Assembly: GCA_002347685.1 (NCBI GenBank)
Contig: DDWS01000004.1
Coordinates: 64,360 to 128,359, forward strand
Direction: 5' to 3'
Source: Syntrophaceae bacterium UBA2280
GTDB taxonomy: Bacteria; Desulfobacterota; Syntrophia; Syntrophales; Smithellaceae
Length of the DNA stretch: 64,000 bases
Shown one piece after another: positions 34,274 through 43,488 of the stretch. Numbering within the stretch: position 1 is the first letter of the stretch; the number at the start of each line of letters is the position of its first letter. Both the position numbers and the translations under genes were made by a program. The notes under the pieces are model-generated. The model was not told the DNA's origin. It did not search any database and worked only from the letters and a program-made list of their open reading frames with translations.

Positions 34274-36172
34274 TTGAGCAATATGAAATATGCAGACGTA
34301 TACAAGCAATCCATTAGTGAGCCGGAAATCTTCTGGGGAAAAGCTGCCGAGGCCATCTCCTGGACAAAAAAATGGGACAAGGTTTTGGACGACAGCAACA
34401 AGCCCTTCTACCGGTGGTTTGCCGGCGGCGAATTAAATACCTGCTATAACGCCCTGGACTACCATGTGGAAAAGGGCCGGAAAGATCAGACCGCCGTTAT
34501 CTACGACAGCCCCGTCACCGATACGGTAAGAAAGATCACCTACGGCGAGCTCCTGGATGAAGTCTCGCGGTTTGCCGGCGCCCTTTCCGCAATCGGCATC
34601 AAAAAAGGCGACACGGTCATTATCTACATGCCGATGATTCCCGAAGCGCTGACCGCGGTGCTGGCCTGTGCGCGCATCGGCGCCGTGCATTCCGTCGTCT
34701 TCGGCGGATTCGCGCCCAATGAACTGGCCATCAGGATTGACGACGCCAGGCCTAAAGTCATGGTTTCCGCCTCCTGCGGAATCGAAGGGAAGAAAACCAT
34801 TGCCTACAAACCGCTGTTGGATGAAGCCATCAAACTGGCTGCGCACAAACCGGAAAAATGCGTGATCTTCCAGCGGCCGCAGGTCCCGGCCGATCTGCAG
34901 CCCGGACGGGATCTCGACTGGAATGCTTTTGTAAAGGATGCCAAACCCGCCGCCTGTGTCCCTGTTGCAGCCACCGACCCGCTCTATATCCTTTACACCT
35001 CGGGAACCACCGGCAAGCCTAAAGGGGTTGTACGTGACAACGGCGGCCATGCCGTGGCCCTGAAATGGTCGATGAAGAATATTTATGATGTGAAACCCGG
35101 CGAGGTTTTCTGGGCGGCCTCCGATGTCGGCTGGGTGGTGGGCCACTCCTACATCATCTATGCACCGCTGCTCTATGGCTGCACAACGATTGTTTATGAG
35201 GGGAAACCCGTGGGGACCCCCGATCCCGGCGCCTTCTGGCGGGTCATTTCCCAGCATGGCGTGTCCGTTTTGTTTACGGCTCCCACGGCGTTTCGCGCCA
35301 TTAAAAAGGAAGACCCCCAGGGCGATTACCTGAAGAAATACGACATTCGCTGCTTGAAATACCTTTTCCTGGCCGGCGAGCGCCTTGACACCGACACGTA
35401 TCACTGGGCCGGCGATATACTGAAGATTTCCGTAGTCGATCATTGGTGGCAGACCGAAACCGGCTGGCCGATCGCCGCCAACTGTATGGGAATCGAACCT
35501 CTTCCGATCAAAGCAGGATCGCCCACCAAACCGGTCCCCGGCTATCATGTCCAGATTCTGGATATGGACGGGGACCCCCTCCCCAACGGCCAGGAGGGAT
35601 CCGTTGTGATCAAGTTGCCGCTCCCTCCCGGCTGCCTGCCCACGCTGTGGCAGGATGACAAGCGTTATCTGGAATATGTAAACGAAAGACCGGGTTATTA
35701 CGTGACCGGTGACGGCGGGCGTTTTGACACCGATGGCTATCTCTTTATCATGGGACGCATCGATGATGTGATCAACGTGGCCGGCCACAGGCTTTCCACA
35801 GGATCGATGGAAGAAATCGTATCCAGGCATAAGGATGTCGCGGAATGCGCCGTCCTGGGCGCGGATGATCAACTCAAGGGCCAGGTGCCCGTTGGTTTTG
35901 TTGTTTTAAAGGCCGGCGTGGATCGCAAGCCCGAAGAGATTATCGCGGAGCTGGTAAAGATGGTGCGCAATGAACTGGGTGCGCTGGCCTGCTTCAAGGA
36001 AGCCGCTGTGGTCAAGGCGCTGCCCAAGACGAGATCCGGCAAGATCCTGCGCTCGACCATGCGCAAGATCGTCGACGGCAAGGATTATGTGGTGCCGTCC
36101 ACCATTGATGATCCGGCAGTCTTGGGATTGATTGCTCAATCAGCTAAAACGATCGGCTACGGAAAAAAATGA
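34274..36172 (+). CDS. propionyl-CoA/acetyl-CoA synthetase family enzyme (PrpE-like)
   Basis: The N-terminus (Y.QSI.EPE.FWG.AA..I.W...W..VLD.....F.RWF.GGELN.CYNALD.HV) plus YTSGTTGKPKGV and GHR.ST.E.E are typical. TTG 34274 sits 7 nt after GAGGAGG. Confidence 0.85.
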   Translation: MSNMKYADVYKQSISEPEIFWGKAAEAISWTKKWDKVLDDSNKPFYRWFAGGELNTCYNALDYHVEKGRKDQTAVIYDSPVTDTVRKITYGELLDEVSRFAGALSAIGIKKGDTVIIYMPMIPEALTAVLACARIGAVHSVVFGGFAPNELAIRIDDARPKVMVSASCGIEGKKTIAYKPLLDEAIKLAAHKPEKCVIFQRPQVPADLQPGRDLDWNAFVKDAKPAACVPVAATDPLYILYTSGTTGKPKGVVRDNGGHAVALKWSMKNIYDVKPGEVFWAASDVGWVVGHSYIIYAPLLYGCTTIVYEGKPVGTPDPGAFWRVISQHGVSVLFTAPTAFRAIKKEDPQGDYLKKYDIRCLKYLFLAGERLDTDTYHWAGDILKISVVDHWWQTETGWPIAANCMGIEPLPIKAGSPTKPVPGYHVQILDMDGDPLPNGQEGSVVIKLPLPPGCLPTLWQDDKRYLEYVNERPGYYVTGDGGRFDTDGYLFIMGRIDDVINVAGHRLSTGSMEEIVSRHKDVAECAVLGADDQLKGQVPVGFVVLKAGVDRKPEEIIAELVKMVRNELGALACFKEAAVVKALPKTRSGKILRSTMRKIVDGKDYVVPSTIDDPAVLGLIAQSAKTIGYGKK

Positions 36173-36631
36173 AATAACTAAGGCAGGAACGGTCGCGATA
36201 ACCTAACCACCTGATGACGTGGGGTCACGCGAAGTGGAACGAGATCACAAGACTGTTCCCTGCGAAAAGGAGACCCTATGGAATTCAAATACGACATAAG
36301 GGGAGTCTGATCAGGAGCGCCAAATCCTCGGCAAATGGTTTTTGAGGCCGAATCACCTGAGGGGATCTAAAGATCTTCCTTATTGTCATGAAATATGCGC
36401 TGCCCATAAGCGCTTGTTTCCTCATGAATAAATGTTACCGAAAGAAGGACGTGGTTGTAGTCAAGATGCCCTTGACATACGAACCCGAAATATTCATACT
36501 GCCTCACATCAAGGTATGGTTTTATCAAAAAAACGAGGCAAGATTTCGAGAAGAAAAAAGTAAGGAGAATGGCTTGACAGTAATATACCACGCTCAGACC
36601 TTTATAAAATATCTTCAAGGGAGGATCGTTC

Positions 36632-38125
36632 ATGCCTGATTATGATGTTGTTGTAATAGGCGCCGGCAATGGAGGACTTACGGCTGCCGCCGGGCTCGCT
36701 AAAAATGGGCATAAAACGCTGCTGCTCGAAAGGCACAATGTCCCGGGCGGATGCGCGACAAGCTTTATCCGGGGGCGATTTGAATTTGAGGTTGCACTTC
36801 ACCAGTTAAGCGGGTTGGGGCTTCCCGAATTTCCGGGGCCTCTGAGAGGCCTGCTTAGCGACCTGGGTGTTCTGGACAAGATCGAGTTCGTTCAGCAGAA
36901 GAACCTCTACCGCATTGTCATTCCCGGGGAAATGGACATCAACCTGAAGGCGGAAAGGGCGGCGGTCCAGGAAGCACTGATGGAAAAATTTCCGGCCGAA
37001 AAGGAAGGGATCAAAAAGTTTTTTGACCTTGTCTATGCGTTCTGCATGGAGTTGGTGAGCGTGATGTTTATCAAGGACCCGGAGGCGAGCCCCGAAAAAT
37101 ATCCGCTCTTTTTTAAGCTTTCGCTGAAGGATTCTCAGGGCATTCTCGATGACTACTTCAAAAACCCCTGCCTGCAGCAGGCTGTGTCGATCTATTGGAG
37201 CTATGCCGGCCTACCGCCGAGCAAGCTCAGTTTTATGGATCTGGCCATGATGATCTGGGCCTACATCGAATTCAAACCCTGGCACATGAAGGGAGGGTCG
37301 CAGGCGATGTCCAATGCGATTTGCGACGCTTTCATCACATACGGCGGGGAGGCAAGGTTCAATTGCGCAGCAAAGAAAATCAAGGTCGAAAACGGCAAAA
37401 TCCAATCCGTCATAACCGAAGACGGGGATGAGATATCGACGAGATTTGTCGTTTCCAATGCCGGTCCGATTCCAACCTTAATCGATATGATCGGCGCGGA
37501 CAACTGCCCGGCGGCTGAGCTCCGAACGCTCAATGCCAGGACAGTCGGCCTGTCGGCATTCACGCTTTATATGGGCTTCGACTGCGACCCGGCTGATATG
37601 GGAATCGATAAGACGACCAACTTCATCTGTTCGACAGCGGACGCGGAAGAGGCCTACAAGAGGATGAAAACGCTGGATGCGGTCGGGTTTTCACTACTGA
37701 CCTGCTACGACGTGGATGATCCCGAATTTTCGCCCGCGGGTTCATGCCAGGCCGCGCTCGTTACGCTTCAGTATGCGCAGCCCTGGATGAGCGTTCCGCC
37801 TTCAAAATATTACGACACGAAATACCGTTTCGCCGGGGCAATGATTGATCTGGCTGAAAAAGTTTTTCCCGATATCAGGAAGCATTTGGAGGAGGCAGAA
37901 CCGGCAACGCCGCTCACGCATATGCGCTACCTCGGTCATCCGGGCGGTTCAATTTACGGTTCGGAACACTTTACCAGGGAGACGAGCCTGTTTGTAGAAT
38001 CAAAATCGGCAATTCAGGGGCTGTATTTCACGGGCGCATGGAATGGTTCCGGCGGATTCCAGCCTACGCTTCAATCGGGCGCATCTGCAGCCAGATCGAT
38101 TTCATGGCTTCTTAACAAGCGGTAA
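36632..38125 (+). CDS. phytoene-desaturase-family (CrtI-like) NAD(P)/FAD-dependent oxidoreductase
   Basis: It starts YDVVVIGAGNGGLTAAAGLAKNGHKTLLLERHNVPGGCA and is about 500 aa long. Confidence 0.8.
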   Translation: MPDYDVVVIGAGNGGLTAAAGLAKNGHKTLLLERHNVPGGCATSFIRGRFEFEVALHQLSGLGLPEFPGPLRGLLSDLGVLDKIEFVQQKNLYRIVIPGEMDINLKAERAAVQEALMEKFPAEKEGIKKFFDLVYAFCMELVSVMFIKDPEASPEKYPLFFKLSLKDSQGILDDYFKNPCLQQAVSIYWSYAGLPPSKLSFMDLAMMIWAYIEFKPWHMKGGSQAMSNAICDAFITYGGEARFNCAAKKIKVENGKIQSVITEDGDEISTRFVVSNAGPIPTLIDMIGADNCPAAELRTLNARTVGLSAFTLYMGFDCDPADMGIDKTTNFICSTADAEEAYKRMKTLDAVGFSLLTCYDVDDPEFSPAGSCQAALVTLQYAQPWMSVPPSKYYDTKYRFAGAMIDLAEKVFPDIRKHLEEAEPATPLTHMRYLGHPGGSIYGSEHFTRETSLFVESKSAIQGLYFTGAWNGSGGFQPTLQSGASAARSISWLLNKR

Positions 38126-38135
38126 GGGAGGGGAT

Positions 38136-39293
38136 ATGGCTAAAGAAAACATCATCCAGAAACTCGAAGGATATGATGATATCATCAGAGAGAATGTTGT
38201 CCTTGAAAAATACGGATTTGACTATCAGGCGAAAAAGGGAGAGGTCAGAAGCATCATAGATGCACTTCACCCGGCAAAGCTTGATCTGATCGTATCGGAA
38301 ATCGTGCAGGAGACTCCAAGCGCAAAATCCATGAAACTGGTCAGCGTTGACGGCATTCTCCCGCCGTTTCAGGCCGGACAGTATATCAACGTCTTTGTGG
38401 AGACGGGTGGGGTCCGGACCAGCAGACCTTACAGCATTGCATCGTCTCCGACACAGACCGGCTATTATGAGATCACGGTCAGAAGGGTGGATAACGGATT
38501 TGTCTCGAACTACCTGCTCGACGAATTAAAGCTCGGCGACAGGCTCACGAGTTCGGCGCCGTCGGGGAATTTTCATTACAATCCGCTCTTTCACGGCGAC
38601 AGGCTGGCGTTCATCGCCGGCGGCAGCGGCATCACCCCTTTCATGAGCATGATCAGGGAGCTCGCCGATAAAAACCTGGACCGCAGACTGCACCTGTTTT
38701 ACGGGAGCAGGATCGAGGATGATGTCATCTACCGGAAAGAAATAGAAAGGATTGAATCGGTCCATAAGAACTTCACCTGGGACTTGGTCGTATCCGAACC
38801 GAACTCGTCTTTTTGCGGACTCAAGGGATTCATTCATGTCGATCTGATCCGGGAAAAGATTGACGGCCCCGACTGGATGTTCTTTGTTTGCGGACCGGAG
38901 GCCATGTATCAATTCTGTCTGCCTGAGCTTGAAAAAATGCCGATGCCGGGCAGGAAGACAAAGATCGAGGTCATGGGCGCGTCGAAGAATATAACAGCGC
39001 ACCCCGGCTGGCCGGAAAACGTCAAAGCCGGTGATGCTTTCAGTGTTGCGATTAAAGGAAAAAAGACGATCAGTGCGCTTGCCTCTGAGCCGCTTATGAT
39101 ATCGCTGGAGAGGGCGGGCCTGGTGATTCCCGCCCTGTGCCGATCGGGTGAGTGCAGTCTCTGCAGGACCAAGCTGCTTTCGGGTAAGGTCTATCAGCCG
39201 AACGGCGTAAAGCTGAGAAAGTCTGACCGGGTCTTTGGATATATCCATCCCTGCATGGCATATCCGATAACCGATATTGAAATATTGCTTTAG
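38136..39293 (+). CDS. ferredoxin-NAD(P) reductase-like flavoprotein with a C-terminal plant-type 2Fe-2S domain
   Basis: RPYSIASSP marks FAD binding, AGGSGITPFMS marks NAD binding, and CRSGECSLCRTKLLSG...HPC marks the 2Fe-2S domain. ATG 38136 follows AAGGGAGGGG. Confidence 0.8.
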   Translation: MAKENIIQKLEGYDDIIRENVVLEKYGFDYQAKKGEVRSIIDALHPAKLDLIVSEIVQETPSAKSMKLVSVDGILPPFQAGQYINVFVETGGVRTSRPYSIASSPTQTGYYEITVRRVDNGFVSNYLLDELKLGDRLTSSAPSGNFHYNPLFHGDRLAFIAGGSGITPFMSMIRELADKNLDRRLHLFYGSRIEDDVIYRKEIERIESVHKNFTWDLVVSEPNSSFCGLKGFIHVDLIREKIDGPDWMFFVCGPEAMYQFCLPELEKMPMPGRKTKIEVMGASKNITAHPGWPENVKAGDAFSVAIKGKKTISALASEPLMISLERAGLVIPALCRSGECSLCRTKLLSGKVYQPNGVKLRKSDRVFGYIHPCMAYPITDIEILL

Positions 39294-39451
39294 ATAAAAT
39301 CAAAGTCGAACCGGGCATTGCCAATAGTTCGGTCTTGATATCACGCTTTTCGAAGTGTCCGCTATTGCTATGCCACTTCAATTTGTTCAACATGCTGTTT
39401 GATCGATGACGAAGCATCGGCGCGAAATGAAAAAAAGGGGGTGATGCAGGA

Positions 39452-40843
39452 TCAGTCCACCCATCCGTTGGCAATATTCAATCGCTTCAGCTTTTCCACA
39501 AGGGTGGTGCGGTTGAGATTGAGCAGCTTGGCCGCGCGATTTTTCACACCGCCGCTCATTTTCAGTGCTTTGAGCAGCAGGTCCTTTTCCAGCCGGCTGA
39601 TGTGATCGTTAAAATCGATGCCGTCGTCGGTGAACATCACCGCACTGACGGTTGTGCCGGCAACTTGCGCATTGCGGATTTTAGCCGGCAAATCATCCAC
39701 GTGAATCTCCCCTTCTTCTTTCATGACGACCAGCATTTCGATGAGATTTTGCAGTTCGCGCACATTACCGGGCCAGGAATAACGCATGAGATAGTCGACG
39801 GCCTGAGGGGTGATGCGTTCCACGTTCTTCTTTTTGAGCTTGTTGAAATTCGTCAGAAAATGGTTGGCCAATATCACGATGTCGGAGCCGCGTTCACGAA
39901 GGGCGGGTAAATGGATGGGGATGACATTAATGCGGTAAAAGAGGTCTTCGCGGAATCTTTTTTCGGCAACGGCCGCTTCGAGATTCTGATTGGTAGCGGT
40001 GATGATCCGCACGTCAGCGTTGATGGTTTTCACGCCTCCGATACGTTCGAACTGCTTTTCCTGAATGACACGCAGAACTTTGACCTGAAGCGCCGGGCTC
40101 ATATCCCCGATTTCATCCAGAAAGATTGTGCCGCCCTGAGCCAGTTCGAATCGTCCCATGCGATTGCGGATTGCGCCGGTGAATGCACCTTTTTCATGAC
40201 CGAACAACTCGCTTTCCAGCAAGTCTTCAGGTATGGCGCCGCAATTGACGGGGATCATCGGGTGAGAACGCCGGTCGCTCTTGAAGTGAATGGCACGGGC
40301 GACCAGTTCCTTGCCGGTTCCGCTTTCCCCGGTGATCAGCACAGTGCTGTCCGAGTTGGATACTTTTTCGATGGTGTCAAAAACCTTCTTCATGCAGTCG
40401 CTGTAGCCGATGATTTTGTCAAAATCCTGTCGCTCTTTGAGGTGCTCTTTAAGAGAGATATTTTCGTCACGGAGTTTGGCAAAGGACATTGCCCGGTTCA
40501 CCGATAATTTAACGAGATCATCTTTGATGGGTTTGGTGATAAAATCGAAAGCCCCCATTTTCATGGCGATGACCGCCGTATGGACTGTGCCGTGGCCGGT
40601 GACCATGATCACCAGGTTGTCGCGGTTGACATCTTTGATATATTTAAGAAATTCCAGTCCGTCGACATTGGGCATTCTCAGGTCGGTGATCACCAGATCA
40701 AAATGATCTTCAATAAAGACTTCGATGCCTTCACGCCCGTCACAGACGGTTTTAACGGTATAGCCTTCATCCATTAGCAATTGTGCAAGATTTTCCTTGC
40801 TGAGTTCATTGTCGTCGGCAATCAGAATTTTTCCGTTCTTCAT
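39452..40843 (-). CDS. sigma-54-dependent response regulator (REC + AAA+ + Fis-type HTH, NtrC family)
   Basis: It has ILIADDNE....DLVITDLRMP, GESGTGKE, EKGAFTGA and a C-terminal NRTTLVEKLKR. The start at 40843 has a GGGAG Shine-Dalgarno. Confidence 0.9.
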   Translation of the reverse strand: MKNGKILIADDNELSKENLAQLLMDEGYTVKTVCDGREGIEVFIEDHFDLVITDLRMPNVDGLEFLKYIKDVNRDNLVIMVTGHGTVHTAVIAMKMGAFDFITKPIKDDLVKLSVNRAMSFAKLRDENISLKEHLKERQDFDKIIGYSDCMKKVFDTIEKVSNSDSTVLITGESGTGKELVARAIHFKSDRRSHPMIPVNCGAIPEDLLESELFGHEKGAFTGAIRNRMGRFELAQGGTIFLDEIGDMSPALQVKVLRVIQEKQFERIGGVKTINADVRIITATNQNLEAAVAEKRFREDLFYRINVIPIHLPALRERGSDIVILANHFLTNFNKLKKKNVERITPQAVDYLMRYSWPGNVRELQNLIEMLVVMKEEGEIHVDDLPAKIRNAQVAGTTVSAVMFTDDGIDFNDHISRLEKDLLLKALKMSGGVKNRAAKLLNLNRTTLVEKLKRLNIANGWVD

Positions 40844-40937
40844 ATCGCTCCCTGATGATGGAATCAGAATAACCACTGTTATTAAAGGGTTCAATTGACG
40901 GCATCATAGGATACGAATGTCTAAAAATCAATAAGAA

Positions 40938-40957
40938 AGTGTCAAAGAGTGTCAAAA
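40938..40957. promoter_or_regulatory. tandem direct repeat AGTGTCAAAG/AGTGTCAAAA (a third copy, GTGTCAAT, is at 40988-40995); enhancer/UAS candidate
   Basis: Read directly from the divergent regulator/cheR intergenic region, about 180-235 nt upstream of the sigma-54 promoter. Confidence 0.35.
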
Positions 40958-41171
40958 AATGAACATTGTGATGGTAAACCGGACATGGTGTCAATAAGTC
41001 TGCAAGGCAATAATGCGAAATTATGAGAAAGTATTCAAGTATTGCGTGATTCTGCCGAATAAAACTCTGTAGATGAAGCAGCCTTCTGCGGTGCGGGCGG
41101 TGTGTAGCGAAGGTCATTATTTAAGACCGCGTGAATTTCTATATAAAACAAAGAATGATGTGTCTCACTGT

Positions 41172-41187
41172 TGGCATAAGTATTGCT
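41172..41187 (+). promoter_or_regulatory. sigma-54 (-24/-12) promoter TGGCATAAGTATTGCT upstream of cheR
   Basis: It shows GG-N10-GC with a TTGC element at exact consensus spacing. Confidence 0.6.
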
Positions 41188-41255
41188 TTTAAAATCAATG
41201 GTTTGCCGTATTTTACAGCAAAACAGAATGGCGAAAAGAGATCTTATTTTAAGGG

Positions 41256-42122
41256 TTGAGCGGCGATGATCATCAGGAAAAATTGGCGCATTCTATGTTG
41301 ATGAACAATTATGAACTCAAGAACAGTGATTTCGAAAAAATCAGCCGTCTGATTTACGAGCAGTGCGGTATTCACCTGCATGAAGGGAAAAAGGAACTGG
41401 TGAAGGCGCGCTTGAGCAAAAGACTTCGCGCGGGCAGCTATACATCTTTTTCAGATTATTACAAATACGTCACTACACAGGAAGGATCGGATGAATTGAT
41501 CGCGATGATCGATTCCATCTCGACCAATCTAACGTCATTTTTTCGCGAAGCAAGTCATTTTGTCCGTCTGCAGAATATCATCGCCACGGCGGTCGAAAAA
41601 TCAGGCCAGAAGAAAGCAGTGTTTCACGTCTGGTCCGCGGGGTGTTCCACAGGTGAAGAACCTTATACACTTGCGATCACGTTCAGGGAGGCCGCGTCTC
41701 ACCATCACTTTGAAGCATCCATCCTGGCTACGGACATATCCACGAAAGTTTTGAAAATCGCTGAAAAAGGCGTTTATGGCAAAGAAAGGATCAAGGGCGT
41801 TGCAGTTCCCCTTCTGAAAAAGTATTTTCAGCAGGGTACCGGTCAGTCGGAAGGGAATGTGCGCGTTAAAAGCGAACTCCGGGGTATGGTCACTTTTAAA
41901 AGATTCAACCTGATGGATCGTTTTCAGGACAGTCACCATTTCGATTTCATCTTTTGCCGTAACGTTATGATCTATTTCGATAAAAAAACGCAAAACGTAC
42001 TGGTCAACAAGTTTTATGATTCGCTCAAAAGCGGCGGTTACTTCTTCGTGGGGCACTCTGAAAGTTTAACCGGTTTGCAACATTCATTCAAATACGTGGA
42101 GCCGAGTGTTTATCTGAAATAA
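41256..42122 (+). CDS. cheR: chemotaxis protein methyltransferase CheR
   Basis: The motifs are F..I..LIYE..GI.L...K..LV..RL..R, SFFRE and VWSAGCSTGEEPY. The start is uncertain (TTG 41256, ATG 41295 or 41301). Confidence 0.9.
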   Translation: MSGDDHQEKLAHSMLMNNYELKNSDFEKISRLIYEQCGIHLHEGKKELVKARLSKRLRAGSYTSFSDYYKYVTTQEGSDELIAMIDSISTNLTSFFREASHFVRLQNIIATAVEKSGQKKAVFHVWSAGCSTGEEPYTLAITFREAASHHHFEASILATDISTKVLKIAEKGVYGKERIKGVAVPLLKKYFQQGTGQSEGNVRVKSELRGMVTFKRFNLMDRFQDSHHFDFIFCRNVMIYFDKKTQNVLVNKFYDSLKSGGYFFVGHSESLTGLQHSFKYVEPSVYLK

Positions 42123-42124
42123 CT

Positions 42125-42607
42125 ATGGGCGATTTGATTGTTGGAATATCTGATCTTAAGATCAGCAATAATGATAACGATGTGATTGTGACGTATGCAT
42201 TGGGGTCCTGTATCGGCATATCTGTTTTTGATCCGGTCGCCAAAGTGGGGGGGATGCTCCATTACATGCTTCCGGAATCTTCGCTGGACGAAAAAAAGGC
42301 AAGGGAAAATCCGGCGATGTTTGCGGATACCGGCATTCCGCTGCTGTTTAAGTCCTGCTATCAATTGGGTGCGGATAAAAAACGCATGATTGTCCGCGCG
42401 GCAGGCGGCGCGAGCATTCTGGATGACACCAATTTTTTTCGTATCGGACAAAAGAACATTATGGCGATGAGAAAGATATTCTGGAAAAACAACGTGATGA
42501 TTACCAGCGAGGATACGGGCGCAAATCACAACCGCACTGTACGCCTGCAGATCGCAACCGGTAAAACCTACGTTCGCACGGCCGGAGGTGAAATGAAGGA
42601 ACTATGA
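42125..42607 (+). CDS. cheD: chemoreceptor glutamine deamidase CheD
   Basis: ALGSCIGI...D.....GGM.HYMLP and GG...N.TV.L....G are typical of CheD. Confidence 0.85.
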   Translation: MGDLIVGISDLKISNNDNDVIVTYALGSCIGISVFDPVAKVGGMLHYMLPESSLDEKKARENPAMFADTGIPLLFKSCYQLGADKKRMIVRAAGGASILDDTNFFRIGQKNIMAMRKIFWKNNVMITSEDTGANHNRTVRLQIATGKTYVRTAGGEMKEL

Positions 42608-43455
42608 AAGCTGTCAACCGCATTCTAAAATCGATCAATACGATTCCGGCATTTCCGGCTACGGGGAATAAAGTTTCCCAGTTACTCAACCGGATTGATT
42701 ATTCCGTATCCGAAGTGACCAATGTCATCCGGTTTGATCCGTCGATTACCGCCAATCTCCTCAAGATGGCCAATTCCGCCTATTTCAGCCCACAGCACAA
42801 AATCAGCACGATCAATGATGCGGTGATTTATCTGGGGCAGAAGAATCTGCTTTTGGCAATCCAGACAGCCGGGATTTCCAAGTATTATAAAAAGGGTTCT
42901 TCCGGCTATTTTGACAAGGCGACGGATTTGTGGGAGCATTCCGTGGCCGTCGCGCTGATGTCGCAGATTCTATCCAGGAAGATAACCGGCGAGGAAAATA
43001 CGACTCTTTACACCGCCGCGCTGCTGCATGATGTCGGGAAAATTATCATGGGTGAGTTTGTTCGTGACGAAATGCAAAAAATAACCATGCTGGTTGAAGA
43101 ACAGCATATGTCCTTTCTGGAAGCGGAGGAACTGGTTTTAGGGATCAATCATGCCGATCTGGGCGGTAAAATTGCCGAACACTGGAACTTTCCGGTAGAA
43201 ATTCGCGATGCGATTTCCTATCATCACCGGCCGGACCTGCTGGAAAAGGAAGACAAGATCATGCCCTGGATCGTCTACATGGCTGATGAAGCCTGCCTGA
43301 TGATGGGAATCGGCAGCGGGGTGGAAGGTTTGGCTCAGCGTGCGGTGAGTGAGCTTTTAAAGAAATTCAATTTGCGGATGAGGGACCTTGAGATGAGCAT
43401 GGTTTTGCTGTCGGACGATTTAAAACGTGCCCGGGAAGTCATCAGCATTGTTTAG
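42604..43455 (+). CDS. HDOD-domain signalling protein
   Basis: The motifs are P.FPA.......LL...D.S..EV..VI..DPS.TANLLK.ANSAYF, ALLHDVGK and NHADLGGKIAEHWNFP. Confidence 0.8.
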   Translation: MKAVNRILKSINTIPAFPATGNKVSQLLNRIDYSVSEVTNVIRFDPSITANLLKMANSAYFSPQHKISTINDAVIYLGQKNLLLAIQTAGISKYYKKGSSGYFDKATDLWEHSVAVALMSQILSRKITGEENTTLYTAALLHDVGKIIMGEFVRDEMQKITMLVEEQHMSFLEAEELVLGINHADLGGKIAEHWNFPVEIRDAISYHHRPDLLEKEDKIMPWIVYMADEACLMMGIGSGVEGLAQRAVSELLKKFNLRMRDLEMSMVLLSDDLKRAREVISIV

Positions 43456-43488
43456 CGTGAAGAATAGAAACAAGGGAAGGTAGAGGAT

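Noticed and set aside
34433-35872. 479-aa ORF on the minus strand, the longest unexplained ORF in the track.
   Set aside because: It lies entirely antisense to the PrpE-like synthetase, whose frame carries unmistakable AMP-binding motifs. Its translation is Gly/Arg/Pro/His-rich with no motif. This is the typical shadow ORF of GC-rich coding DNA.
36207-36237. A kink-turn or box C/D-like motif (CUGAUGA opposite CGAA) in the nested hairpin.
   Set aside because: The 3' strand is CGAA, not CUGA, so the tandem sheared G-A pairs cannot be drawn canonically. It is mentioned only as part of the structured-element finding.
36388-36639. 83-aa plus-strand ORF (and the 88-aa minus-strand ORF 36367-36633) in the AT-rich gap before the CrtI-like gene.
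   Set aside because: Neither has a Shine-Dalgarno. The sequences are Lys/Phe/Tyr-rich, as expected from AT-rich non-coding DNA, and the two overlap each other. The region more likely holds the promoter (for example TTGACA-17 nt-CATACT at about 36470-36498).
38043-38135. Upstream extension of the FNR-like ORF.
   Set aside because: It overlaps the end of the CrtI-like gene. ATG 38136 is preceded by AAGGGAGGGG and gives a sensible N-terminus.
38526-39248. 240-aa minus-strand ORF.
   Set aside because: It is antisense to the FNR-like 2Fe-2S reductase gene.
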